This document shows positions 12,157 to 24,560 of a stretch of 64,000 bases of DNA, one piece after another. The notes beneath the pieces were generated by a model, which saw nothing but the letters and a program-made list of their open reading frames with translations, did no database searches and had not been told where the DNA came from. The position numbers were made by a program, and so were the translations under genes. Source of the DNA: Podarcis muralis (taxonomy: Eukaryota); assembly GCF_964188315.1 (NCBI RefSeq), contig NC_135663.1, positions 52,576,001 to 52,640,000 of the forward strand. The letters run 5' to 3'. Position 1 is the stretch's first letter. Every line of letters starts with the position of its first letter.

Positions 12157-13888
12157 GGCCAAATTATCTCTGACTGCCCAGAACTCTTCAGCATCTCAGA
12201 TCTCAGGCAGAAATCCTTTTCTGTCCTGCTGTCTGAAATCCTTTAATGGGCAATTTGATGTATTGGGCCGAGGACTTTCTGCATGCAGAGCTGTATGTTC
12301 CTACCCGTATTAGCCTGCTCCCTAATACCCAAGTTGCTAAATGGGACCATTTTAGAAATTCTAAATGGAGGCCTCCATTTTGGCAAAGCAATGTAGGAAC
12401 TAATAAAATAAATTTTAAAAATATCCAAGGCTCAGAAAGCTGCTAGCTACATTATCAAAGCTTAGCCGTGATCCACTCTAGTATAATTCAACCAATTCTC
12501 TTGACTAGGAGCTTTCCATCTCCTCCCTTCCAAAAAAGTGTCAATTTATTGAGACATATACACCAGAGGAAACATCTGTTTCATAAATGTAGCTAAATCA
12601 TGGCACAAGGGAGATGAAGATGGAGAGATATACAACACTTCTCCACCCATTCATATTATGTGTGTGGAACAAAACATTCATCTGCTAAAACTCTGTTTTA
12701 ATTATTATCCATTTCATCTCTTGTCCACTCAAAATTGGACTCAAGTCCATCTCTAAACATTAAGTACCAGGATGGTTGTTGGCAAGTACAAAATATAAGA
12801 CGATTAACTGAGCAGACGTGTTACTGGAAAACTGTTCACATTTATCTTCACAGTACATTGCCTTTGTGGAAGGGGCTCTGAATCCACATTTAATTAAATT
12901 GTGTGTTCATCTTCCAGTGAACACTCCTGAGTGAAGGGAGAAAGTCAGAGAACTATAGATTGTTTTGCATAAAGCACCCACAAGGAAGCAAGCACTGGAA
13001 GGACTCCAAAGCCAACTGACTGACACCCACTAAAAGAATAGCACACACACAAGAAAAATCACCTCAGTGTTTATTGGCATCGTTGCCGACGTTTCTTCTG
13101 TCTTAGAGAACCACAGAGGTTTTATAGTTATAACTTTGGTAGAACCAGACTTGGAACCATTTGCTTGCAAACAAAGCTTTAGGAAAACCTCCAGCAACTT
13201 AATCTAAAATAGCCCCTGAGCACTCTCCTTGTTTTCTCCAAAGTGGTTGAGGGATTGCAACCTCAGTTTGTGCTCCTGCAACATACCACTTCAGTTTGAA
13301 AATATGTCATCTTGAAATTGCTGCTCTGTGAACAGGGATGGTAATGGGGGAACACTGCTTTGCTCGGAGCAAGTGGAAGAATCTCACTTTAACAAACACA
13401 GCAGGCCACAGTGGAGGTCTACCAGTTGGCCAACAAAAAATACAGAAAATGGTGATACTATGTGGTGCTGAGAGATTTGGGGACAACCACTACCTGTTTC
13501 TCAGAGCTGATATATACCAAAGGCCAAGAGATTGCTTTGAAAGGCTTTGCTCATTTCTCTCTATCTTTCAGACACTCTGTGGGTGTACATTTAGCTAGCC
13601 AGTTTGCATGCAAGCTTTCCTAACATCCCTGCAGCTTTTCACACCACTGTCCCAGAAAATATGGTCATCAGGAGGCTGAGAAACCACATAATTTTCTAGC
13701 TTTACTCCTGTAAGTTAAGCCCTGTTCATTTCAATGGAAACTCCTTAAAAACAGGATGGAAAGCAAAGGCAGCAGTAGAGGTGTATTTCTACCAGACATT
13801 TTAGTTGAAAAAAAGAAGAACTTGATATGGACCCAAGTGTTTTATATTAAGCAGATAGATAAGTATGGGTTTCAACAAGCTTTTTTAA

Positions 13889-13889
13889 A

Positions 13890-13936
<47 letters not shown>
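13889..13936. repeat. (TAC)n microsatellite
   Basis: About 16 perfect units. Confidence 0.95.
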
Positions 13937-14050
13937 ATATATCTATAAATTCACAGAGAGGTTAAAAATGAAATCCACGTTCCACCTCAGAGTTTCCTGC
14001 CCTATCAAATACCTCAGACTTTTCTCCTTTGCTGCCCAGATCCATTGACA

Positions 14051-14382
14051 TACGGATGCACAAGAAATTTGTTTCAGGTAACCTTCCTAGTTCATACTTC
14101 CCAAAATGATGTAGATCAAAACACAGCTATCCTTCACACTTCTCCAGGTGTTGTGGTGCAGTTCTTCAACCAAAGAGTACATATAGTTGGGGGAAATGTG
14201 CATATATTAATGAAACTCACATACAAATATGTGTATGGAGAAGTGTGCACTAAAATGCTGGTAATTTTTGTGTGGTGATTTTTTAAAAAGTGCATAGTAA
14301 TATAGAAATACAATCAACTATCCTTAAAATTTGAAAAATGAGAAACTGAGAGAATCTGAAATTGACAAATCTGTTCATCCCT
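14051..14382 (+). mobile_element. Interspersed repeat family C (AT-rich, ends ...GAGAAACTGAGAGAA..GAAATTGACA...CATCCCT), probable non-autonomous DNA transposon
   Basis: Shares GAAAAATGAGAAACTGAG and AAAATGCTGGT(G/A)A(A/T)TT blocks with copies at ~21636, ~22650 and ~52501; superfamily not determined. Confidence 0.65.
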
Positions 14383-14801
14383 GTGATCCATTCACCCCAG
14401 AACACCTTTGTGATACTACCTCTTCCCTTCCTTTCAATTCCTTCTGAAAAAATCAACTTTCCCATAAAGTCTTTGGAACAATCCCTTAGTCCCATAAGTA
14501 AGTGAAAATACATGTACCTGCAATTAATGGAGGTTCTCCCCCTGCTCACCACACCTCTGTTTTCTTCCCTTTTGTCTGTTGTTTAACTTTTCAGCTTGTG
14601 TCTGTGTCATTCCCCCCTTTTGAAATCTTAATTTTGATTACAAGGAATATACTTTTTTACTTTTGAAGCTTAATACTGTTGTCATGTTGGGACATGGTTA
14701 ACAAAAGCAGGAGTATGGCTTTGTCTGGCAGCTTTAATGCTTCTAGTAAAGTGGTCACTTTAATGATCCTAACAAAGACACCAACTTTGGTTTTCTTAGG
14801 G

Positions 14802-15115
14802 GTTGTCGTTTTTGACATCCATCTGTCTAGACAGACAATGGAGTGCGCCTCCAAGGGTGAAGCCAAACCAGTGCAATAGCAGCACCAAAGTGACCTCCCC
14901 AGGGCACAAGCCTGGGTAATGTGTAAGGAGGTCCTGGGCTGATCAGACAAGAAGACCCGGCCTCACTGATGTGGTCCAGTGGAAAGCAGACAATATGTTT
15001 GGCATCAGCTTGGTTGCAGGAGTTGCCAATCATCTTAGAGACTCCACTCTGGATTTGTGTAATGTGTACTCCTTAGCCTTTTCTTTTCCCAATTATATGC
15101 CACAAAGCAGTGGAG
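14802..15115 (-). mobile_element. Short RTE-like non-autonomous element (probable 5'UTR fused to 3' end)
   Basis: Homologous to 29851-30290 (shared CTGTCT.-.AGACAATGGAGTG.GCCTCCA.GGGTGAAG and TACTCCTTAGCCTTTTCTT blocks). The RTE attribution is from recalled RTE termini, not a search. Confidence 0.55.
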
Positions 15116-16475
15116 ACTAAATAGCTATGAAATTCCTGTAAGATTTCTGTTTTGGAAAAGTACAACAGATGAAAGTTTAAAGAAGGCTGAAAAAGATAGA
15201 GAGAGCTAGCTTTTGGGCTCTGAAGGTCAGCTTCCCCCAACTTTGTGCCCTCCAAGTATTCTGGAACACAAGTCCCATAATTCATTACCATTGTCCATGC
15301 CGGCTGTGGTTGATCTGAGTTGTAATCCAAGTAGATCTGGAGAGCACTAGGTGGAGAAGGTTAGGGAGCTGTAGCTTAACAGTGTTTGGGAGTGCTGATT
15401 GCCTCCCTGGAGATCTGATGTGGAAGCAGTAGTCTTTGGCTGTCTTTTGGAGTGTTTAAGCTGTGGCTCTGTCTATGCTCAACTGGTATATTTGTAAATA
15501 AAGGCAAATATTTCATAACACCAAGAAGCCTTCTGTCACCTCCTTCCAGAGGTAAGCCAATCAGGGTAAACACTGCACCTCTGGAACTTTTCACTGTTTG
15601 GAAAAGCAGGGCAAGCTTAACAATGCCTTTTCTACTGATGTGGGGCTACCACAGTTGGATTTAGCACCCAGATTCCCATAGATCCCTGTTCTGTATTAAA
15701 AAACCAAAGCAAACACATCAGCTGGACATGAAAAACTGCCCTTTTCACACAATTCAGGAACAGCCGTTCTGGATCTGAGTTAAATGTATGCTGCAAATGA
15801 CAAATTAAGAACATCATCATTCCACCAAATGGATACAAGTAAGCTTTTAATTCATTTCTGTTCATATTATCCATACCCCAACTCAAAATCATTGCCTGTA
15901 CAAAATATAGCAATTAAAACAAATTATTATGAATTGGGTCAACTGAGTTTGCTGGCAGAACTGTCTGAAGATTGAAATGAAAGTTCCCACACAAGAGAAA
16001 TTCCTGGTAGAAGAAATTTCTCATAAACATCACCCACAATTTTAGTCATAATTCCCAGATTGCTGCTTAAAATAACAGCGTTGGGTTTGTGGAGTCATTT
16101 TCTTTTTCTCAAGGAAGCAGGAAGAAAACTCACAGCAAGTTCTATTTTAAGCAGCTTCCCTGCTCAGGACAGATTGCCCCCTGCTTCCTCTGAGTAGCAA
16201 AAGGGAGGGTAGCCATGCCAGGATGACAAGGATATCAAACTATCAGCGGCACATGAAACATTTTCACAGCCGGGAGCCATCTGGAATGTGTCCACTGCTA
16301 CCGCAAGTTGTCTCTTAATTGCAGCTGTATGAGGACCAAAACACAACGTTTCTCCTAATGCAAACTCAGTTGAACCAGGCACATTTTCCACCACTCTAAC
16401 CAAACAGGGCTTGATTTTTATCAGGGGCTGTCCAGATAGTACAAACTGTTCTTGTGTGCTGGGGACCTATACACT

Positions 16476-19447
16476 TGTTGTTGTTTAGTCATTTAGTCGT
16501 GTCCGACTCTTCGTGACCCCATGGACCAGAGCACGCCAGGCACTCCTGTCTTCCACCGCCTCCCGCAGTTTGGTCAGGCTCATGTTTGTAGCTTCGAGAA
16601 CACTATCCAACCATCTCATCCTCTGTCGTCCCCTTCTCCTTGTGCCCTCCATCTTTCCCAACATCAAGGTCTTTTCCAGGGAGTCTTCTCTTCTCATGAG
16701 GTGGCCAAAGTATTGGAGCCTCAACTTCAGGATCTGTCCTTCCAGTGAGCACTCAGGTCTGATTTCCTTAAGAATGGATGCGTTTGATCTTCCTGCAGTC
16801 CATGGGACTCTCAAGAGTCTCCTCCAGCACCATAATTCAAAAGCATCAATTCTTCGGCGATCAGCCCTCTTTATGGTCCAGCTCTCACCTCCATACATCA
16901 CTACTGGGAAAACCATGGCTTTAACTATACGGACCTTTGTTGGTAAGGTGATGTCTCTACTTTTTAAGATGTTGTCTAGATTTGCCATCGCCTTTCTCCC
17001 AAGGAGCAGGCGTCTTTTAATTTCGTGACTGCTGTCACCATCTGCAGTGATCATGGAGCCCAAGAAAATAAAATCTCTCACTGCCTCCATTTCTTCCCCT
17101 TCTATTTGCCAGGAGGTGATGGGACCAGTGGCCATGATCTTCGTTTTTTTGATGTTGAGCTTCAGACCATATTTTGCGCTCTCCTCTTTCACCCTCATTA
17201 AAAGGTTCTTTAATTCCTCCTCACTTTCTGCCATCAAGGTTGTGTCATCTGCATATCTGAGGTTGTTGATATTTCTTCCGGCGATCTTAATTCCGGCTTA
17301 GGATTCATCCAGCCCAGCCTTTCGCATGATGAATTCTGCATATAAGTTAAATAAGCAGGGGGACAATATACAGCCTTGTCGTACTCCTTTCCCAATTTTG
17401 AACCAATCAGTTGTTCCATATCCAGTTCTAACTGTAGCTTCTTGTCCCACATAGAGATTTCTCAGGAGACAGATGAGGTGATCAGGCACTCCCATTTCTT
17501 TAAGAACTTGCCATAGTTTGCTGTGGTCAACACAGTCAAAGGCTTTTGCATAGTCAATGAAGCAGAAGTAGATGTCTTTCTGGAACTCTCTAGCTTTCTC
17601 CATAATCCAGCGCATGTTTGCAATTTGGTCTCTGGTTCCTCTGCCTCTTCTAAATCCAGCTTGCACTTCTGGGAGTTCTCGGTCCACATACTGCTTAAGC
17701 CTGCCTTGTAGAATTTTAAGCATAACCTTGCTAGCGTGTGAAATAAGTGCAATTGTGCGGTAGTTGGAGCATTCTTTGGCACTTCCCTTCTTTGGGATTG
17801 GGATGTAGACTGATCTTCTCCAATCTTCTGGCCACTGCTGAGTTTTCCAAATTTGCTGGCATATTGAGTGTAGCACCTTAACAGCATCATCTTTTAAAAT
17901 TTTAAATAATTCAGCTGGAATATCATCACTTCCACTGGCCTTGTTATTAGCGATGCTTTCTAAGGCCCATTTGACTTCACTTTCCAGGATGTCTGGCTCA
18001 AGGTCAGCAACCACACTACCTGGGGTATACGAGACATCAATTTCTTTCTGGTATAGTTCCTCTGTGTATTCTTGCCACCTCTTCTTGATGTCTTCTGCTT
18101 CTGTTAGGTCCTTTCCACTTTTGTCTTTTATTATGGAAATCTTTGTACAAAATGTTCCTTTCATATCTTCAATTTTCTTGAACAGATCTCTGGTTCTTCC
18201 CATTCTATTGTTTTCCTCTATTTCTTTGCATTGCTCATTTAAGAAGGCCTTCTTGTCTCTCCTTGCTATTTTTTGGAAATCTGCATTCAATTTCCTGTAT
18301 CTTTCACTATCTCCCTCGCATTTCGCTTGCCTTCTCTCCCCCGCTATTTGTAAGGCCTCGTTGGACAGCCACTTTGCTTTCTTGCATTTCCTTTTCATTG
18401 GGATGGTTTTAGTTGCTGCCTCTTGTATAATGTTACGAGCCTCCATCCATAGTTCTTTAGGCACTCTATCCACCAAATCTAAATCCTTAAACCTGTTCCT
18501 CACTTCCACTGTGTATTCATAAGGGATTTGACTTAGATTGTATCTTACCGGCCCAGTGGTTTTTCCTACTTTCTTCAGTTTAAGCTTGAATTTTGCTATA
18601 AGAAGCTGATGATCTGAGCCACAGTCAGCTCCAGGTCTTGTTTTTGCTGACTGTATAGAGCTTCTCCATCTTTGGCTGCAGAGAATATAATCAATCTGAT
18701 TTCGATGCTGCCCATCTGGTGATGTCCATGTGTAGAGTCGTCTCTTGTGTTGTTGGAAAAGCGTGTTTGTGATGACCAGCTTGTTCTCTTGACAGAACTC
18801 TATTAGCCTTTGCCCTGCTTCGTTTTGAACTCCAAGGCCAAACTTGCCAGTTGTTCCTTTTATCTCTTGATTCCCTACTTTAGCATTCCAATCCCCTATT
18901 ATGAGCAGAACATCCTTCTTTGGTGTCATTTCTATAAGGTCTTGTAAGTCTTCATAGAATTGGTCAATTTCAGTTTCTTCAGCACCAGTAGTTGGTGCAT
19001 AAACTTGGATTACTGTGATGTTAAAAGGTCTGCCTTGGATTCGTATCGAGATCATTCTATCATTTTTGAGATTGCATCCCAGTACAGCTTTCGCCACTCT
19101 TTTGTTGACTATGAGGGCCACTCCATTTCTTTTACGGGTTTCTTGTCCACAGTAGTAGATATGATAGTCATCCGAACTGAATTCGCCCATTCCCGTCCAT
19201 TTTAGTTCACTGATGCCCAAGATGTCAATGTTTATTCTTGCCATCTCATTTTTGACCACATCCAACTTACCCAGGTTCATGGTTCTTACATTCCAGGTTC
19301 CTATGCAATATTTTTCTTTACAGCATTGGACTTTCCTTTCGCTTCCATGCATATCCACAACTGAGCGTCCTTTCGGCTTTGGCCCAGCCGCTTCATCAGC
19401 TCTGGATCTACTTGTACTTGTCCTCCGCTCTTCCCCAGTAGCATGTT
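16476..19447 (-). mobile_element. BovB (RTE clade) LINE, 5'-truncated near-full-length copy
   Basis: Perfect 13-bp TSD GGACCTATACACT at 16463-16475 and 19448-19460; (CAA)n tail; ORF with APE endonuclease (GTWNVR, ILGISE, GDWNAK, SDH) and RT (QAGFR, FIDYAKAFD, GVRQG, YADD) motifs. Confidence 0.97.
16485..19358 (-). pseudogene. BovB endonuclease-reverse transcriptase ORF interrupted by one in-frame TAA (17298-17300)
   Basis: ORF-track pieces 17298..19358 and 16485..17237 are in the same frame. The gap reads GLDES*AGIKIAGRNINNLRYADDTTLM, so the YADD motif is intact. The frame continues upstream of 19358 to the truncation point (VQHATGEERR...). Confidence 0.93.
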
Positions 19448-19499
19448 GGACCTATACACTAGGAAGCTCCAAATACTGGCTGTTGCCCAGGCAGGCGCA

Positions 19500-20510
19500 T
19501 TATGTGACCCACGGGAGCAGCACACAACCAGACTGTACAATGGTGATGGGATAAAATCAGGCCAAATCTTTATTGACAGCAGCAGGCAGAAGAAAGGTTA
19601 GCATGGCAATGGGGAAGGATCAGTTCATCATTTCATGAGCCCCATGTTGATGGAATGGGTCTGCTGGGTTTGAACCACCCCAGACTTGTTCCATGGGAGT
19701 TGGTCAGTGTTGAACCTTACCATGGTGCATGCTAAGCAAGCAAGGTCTCACTGGGCAACCAGGGTGCAGATTCCAACCAGGCAGATATCCCAACCCGAGC
19801 TTAGGGGGTGCTGTGGTCAATCCTACCCTCAGACCCCTTATGGTCCCTTACTATACTTTGTTGTTCCAACCCAATTCCATTTCCACCCTCAACAAACAAC
19901 GTTCTTCACCCTAACAAAGGAAGGCCATAATTTTACTGAGGGAAAGGGGGGGGGGAGAGACCAAGTGCCAATCAGGTTGAGAGACAAAAAATCCTTTTTG
20001 GTCCTGCCAACCAGAGACCCTAAATTGCTCAGTGAAGGCCCTAACCTGAGAGTGGGCAGGTGGGAAGCTCTTGAGAGCCAGTGTGGTGTAGTGGTTAAGA
20101 GTGGTAGACTGGTAATCTGGGGAACCAGGTTCGCGTCTCCACTCCTCCATGTGCAGCTGCTGGGTGACCTTGGACTAGTCACACTTCTTTGAAGTCTCTC
20201 CGCCTCACTCACCTCACAGAGTGTTTGTTGTGGGGGAGGAAGGGAAATGGAGATTGTTGGCCGCTTTGAGACTCCTTCGGGTAGTGATAAAGCGGGATAT
20301 CAAATCCAAACTCTTCTTCTTCTTCTTGAACCAAAATGGCCCTGAGCTCTAGGGGAAGCAACCTTATATAGGCTTCCCCCTACCCTTTTCATGGGCTCAT
20401 GGGACAGCTTTTTCCCATGAGCCCATCACATGGTCAAGATACTGGGAAAAAAGTCCCATGTGTTTATTGGCTGGAGAACAAAGCTTATAATGGATTGAAT
20501 ATGTGACCCC
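19500..20510 (-). mobile_element. Possible LTR-like element interrupted by a SINE
   Basis: On the minus strand a TATA-like motif (~20364-20370) precedes AATAAA (19569-19574). No TG..CA termini with matching TSD found; a 10-bp direct repeat TATGTGACCC occurs at 19501 and 20500. Confidence 0.3.
20073..20327 (+). mobile_element. Squam3-like (Ther1/MIR-derived) SINE
   Basis: Head GAGAGCCAGTGTGGTGTAGTGG (A box), GGTTCGCGTCTCC (B box), MIR-like core GGGTGACCTTGGACTAGTCAC, tail (CTT)n. Confidence 0.8.
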
Positions 20511-20624
20511 TAAGCACTCTAGTTGAAATTCCACTTGATGATGCTGTGGGGATGAACACATTCACGTGCGTAACAATATTGTTTTTGTTTCTATTTTTAT
20601 GTGGGTGACAGTGCAATTCTAGTA

Positions 20625-20882
20625 CAGTCATGCCTTGATACCTTGGTTTTTGAACAGCTTCATTCTTGAACATTTTGGCTCCCGAACGCTGCAAACCCAG
20701 AAGTGACTGTTCCAGTTTGTGAACTCTTATTGGAAGCCGAATGTCCGACGGGGCTTCAGCAGCTTCTGGTTGGCTGCAGGAGCTTCCTGCAGCCAATCAG
20801 AAGCCACACTTTGGTTTCTGAACGTTTTGGAAGTCGATCAGACTTCTGGAACGAATTCTATTCGACTTCCAAGGTAAAACTG
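20625..20882. mobile_element. Tigger-like MITE, family D
   Basis: TA flanks (20623-20624, 20883-20884); degenerate TIR CAGTCATGCCTTG / CAAGGTAAAACTG; internal palindrome TTCTGGTTGGCTGCAGGAGCTTCCTGCAGCCAATCAGAA. Confidence 0.75.
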
Positions 20883-20924
20883 TAATCGTTTTCTATGGGC
20901 CATTAGTTCTAGCTTTGTGTTTGG

Positions 20925-21110
20925 CAGCTAGCCACACTGGCAATGTCTCGCCTCCACTGTCAAAGGCAGCATGCCTATGAATGCTTGTTGCTAGCAATCA
21001 CAAGTGCTTAGGTCCTGTTTTCAGTTTCTTCCTTGGTGTCTGCTGGCCACTGTGAAACCAGATGCTGAAATAGATGGGCCTTTTGTCTGATCCAGGAGAC
21101 TTTTCTTGTG
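20925..21110 (+). mobile_element. Old CR1 3'UTR fragment
   Basis: CTGCTGGCCACTGTGAAACCAGATGCTGAAATAGATGGGCC...TGATCCAG resembles squamate CR1 tails (recalled). Confidence 0.55.
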
Positions 21111-21635
21111 CTCTGCTATTTGCTTTATGTAATCTTGGAACAATGATAAATGTTAAATATCCCAGCCCTAAAACTAGGTCTTTTGGTTACAACTTGACAA
21201 GTAGAATTCTAAAAGAGAATTTGGGTCATGTAGATACCAGACTTAACGAAACCCCTTCTTTGACATTAAAATTCCTGCTGCTTTAGCATCTGGTTGAACA
21301 ATCAAAGAACAATACTTGGCACTATATTGCTTCCTGGGACAAATTTTATATGCCGCATTGCTCTCATAATTTTGACACACTTTAATTTGATGGTGTCACA
21401 GGGGATGGACAGCTGGATTTATCTTATCCTGTTCAGTCTAGTGGCAGTAAATGCCCCTAAAAAGAAAATATAAACAATTCAATACAAAGGGAACCTGAAG
21501 CTGGATTTATCTGCCATTCTGTTCCATGTTCATTAGCTTTGGTTTCATGTTCTAACTTCTGTGACAGATGGATTCTAATATTGCAGGTTCCCAGAGCAAA
21601 TTTTGGAGACAAATGTCATAAAACAACAACCTGTA

Positions 21636-22058
21636 TAGAGACAGGAGGAGAAATCTGGTTCACCTTTAAAGGCAAACTTACTTAACTTGCACTTCCTGAA
21701 ACAATATACCAATTGAAACACGGCAATTCTTAAAAATTCACAGTGTTCTGAATATTGCAATGCAGATCTCCAGCCATGTAGTCTTTACAAGATTGCATTT
21801 ACTCGGGTAAAAATGTGTAATAAATTGCATATAGTTCTGAAAATAACATGAAAAATTGCAAACAAGTGTATAGTAGGGGGAAATTTATCTGAAATGCTGG
21901 TGAATTATTCAATGACTTAATCTCTACACACACAACAACAACACACCACACCACACACCACACATATACCCCCAACTGATTTGGAAATATGCCGAACAGA
22001 AGATTGGAAAAATGAGAAACTGAGAGAATACCAAATTGGCCGATTCACCCATTCTTAC
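21636..22058 (+). mobile_element. Repeat family C copy
   Basis: Blocks shared with the 14051, 22650 and 52501 copies; contains a (CA)-rich expansion. Confidence 0.6.
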
Positions 22059-22185
22059 TTCTGTGGTAAATAAACTCATCCAAGGGAATATGCAAGAACA
22101 TTATTCATTCCCATGTGTGGCAGGAGATTCAGATACAGCATGTAAGTGCAAATAAATCCAATTGTGCATTGCTTTCCTTCCTTCC

Positions 22186-22242
22186 TTCCTTCCTTCCTTC
22201 CTTCCTTCCTTCCTTCCTTTCTTTCTTTCTTTCTTTCTTTCT
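22186..22242. repeat. (CCTT)n(CTTT)n compound microsatellite
   Basis: Directly visible. Confidence 0.95.
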
Positions 22243-22649
22243 CTGGAGCTCATGAAAGCTTCAGCATACTCTTGTGCTTACCATCTGCAAGTCAATAATT
22301 ATTTGTCAATAATTCATATTTTAGAATAGAGCTTGTGTTAAGCAGGGATTATAGGATTACATAAGGCTGCCTTCTTAAGGCAGGTCAGGGGGTTCAGCAT
22401 CAGAATAGAATTTAATTAGCACTTCCTGAAGAACTTTCTCTTGGAATGAGTGGCTGTTGTGTTTTTCCCCCTTGAGGGATAGGCAAAGTGTTTGCTGGGG
22501 ACATGTAAGTTTATCATGAGAACAAAAGTATGAAAGCAATAATTTTTAAATTCCTAAATCCACAGTAGCGCAGCCAAGCAAAACAGTGAACAAGCTTTTA
22601 AATTCCACAGACCTCTTTACTAGGCTGGATGCTAAAGAAAATGGATAGG

Positions 22650-23290
22650 TAGAAATGGGTGAGTAATTTGATTCAGTTTGCAGTTGAAGGTGAACCTACC
22701 TAATTCACACTTTCTGAAACAATAAGCAAAACAAACTCAGCCATGCTTTAATAATAATATAATAATAGTAATTTTTATTTATACCCCGCCCTCCCCAGGC
22801 CAGGCCAGGCTCAGGGTGGCTAACAAGCAATAATAAAAACAAGTTGAATGAATACAACTTAAAAACAAGATTATGCTTTGACACACATACCTATCTGAAA
22901 TTTGCAATGCAGTTCTCTAGCCAAGTAATGCGTACAAAATAGCATATACTATACTATACTATACTATACTATACTATACACTATACTATACTATACTATA
23001 CTATACTATACTATACTATACTATATATATAAAAATGTATATAGTAGTGAAAATTAGATACCAAATACATTCTATATGGGGAAATTGATTTGCAAAAATG
23101 TGTATATTAGAGAAAATTGCATATAAACACGTGTATTGTAGGAGGAATCTGCACAAGCAAGCTGACAAAGGGTTGTGAAAACTTGGAATTGTTTTTTTAA
23201 GAATGGCTGTGGAAATGTGAAGAACAGAACTTATCATTGGGAAAATGAGAAACACAGAGAAACTGAAATTAACAGAATGAGCCATCCCTA
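22650..23290 (+). mobile_element. Repeat family C copy interrupted by an L2-type tail (~22745-22870, minus strand) and an (ATACT)n array
   Basis: Ends GCCATCCCTA; the internal TTTATTTATACCCCGCCC...GGGTGGCTAAC segment resembles a reverse-complement L2 3' end. Confidence 0.6.
22945..23023. repeat. (ATACT)n pentanucleotide microsatellite
   Basis: About 15 units with one interruption. Confidence 0.95.
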
Positions 23291-24560
23291 ATACTAGTTG
23301 GGAGGGATAGAGGAGACAGGGGGAAGCTGGTTTAGTGTTAAAGCCATTGGTCTCAGTGCTGAAAGGGAGTGTAGATTAGATTACCTAATTAGATTAATCT
23401 CTCCTAGATGCTGCACAGGTTTAGAGGCAGCCTTGAAATATGTTAGCTGAGAAGACAAAGTGGAGTTAGGTTACATTCATACCATACATTACAAGCACAT
23501 GGCTTTGCCCAAAGAATCATGGGAACTGTAGTTTACCCCTGACAAAACTACAGTTCCTAGAAATCTTAAACTACAGTTCTTGGCATTCTCTGGTGGAGCT
23601 ATGTTCTATAAATGTGTGGTGTGGAAGTAGCCCTGGTGCACACACGTTTGTTGCTTTTCCTCTGGGAAAATGGGATGCTGCAAAAGGTTTTCTTAAAAAA
23701 TAAAATAAAAATAGGTGCAAGTTTTAGATCTTTATTCCGTGCTACAAATGAGGACATTTGGCTTGATGCAGCACTGCCCGATCTTCTAGTGTTCCTGGGA
23801 AGATCTACACAGTCCTGTCCTCTATCTCCACACGTAAACTGGACTGTGCAAGCTCTTATTACCTGAATATATTTACAGTCATCGTTCCGTGATGTTTCAA
23901 TCCCCATCTGCTACAGTTGAAAAGAGAACAAAGTGAGGGTTAATTTCCTACAGCTGGTTGCTTGCACCTTTCCCTGAGCTAATTAGCATTGGCCCAAGGG
24001 ACAGAGAAAAAAGGTGTATCCAAGGCAAATATCTAAACTCCCTTCTGACATGCCAGATGCACAGGAAAACGATGCAGTCTAGGAATCCAGAGCACATGAG
24101 AAAATATGGTTGCATTTATTCCTATACTAACCTAGTTGCAAGGACAATAATATAAATCATTGCAACCTTCTCCTAACCCAGTTATTGGTTCAGTCTTATT
24201 CTGGTGGGTTAGACCTTTAGGCTGCATCGACACCAAGTCATGTTTCCCCCCAAAGAATCCTGGGAAGTATAATTCACCCTTCACAGAAGTACCATTCCCA
24301 GCATCCTTAACAAACTACAGTTTCCAGGATTCATGTGGGTGCTTTAAATATATGGTGCTTGACCCAGCAAGGCACAAAGGTCATGTGGCCACAGTCCTCC
24401 CTTCTGTGGAGAGACGTATTTTATTTCTCTTCAAATTATAGTAATTATGTCTAAATTTGCATCCACCTATAAATTAGTACATGCACAAATCTGTGTCCTC
24501 TATTGTCTTCTTCTTTTTGGTTGATGCCTTTCCACTTTCCTTTTTTCCTCTGGCAATGCA

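Noticed and set aside
14040-14077. 38-nt exon-like segment with good acceptor and GT donor
   Set aside because: Its 3' part and donor fall within the 5' end of repeat family C; no recognisable peptide.
16513-19554. Several plus-strand ORFs (171, 193 and 113 aa etc.)
   Set aside because: Antisense shadows of the BovB ORF.
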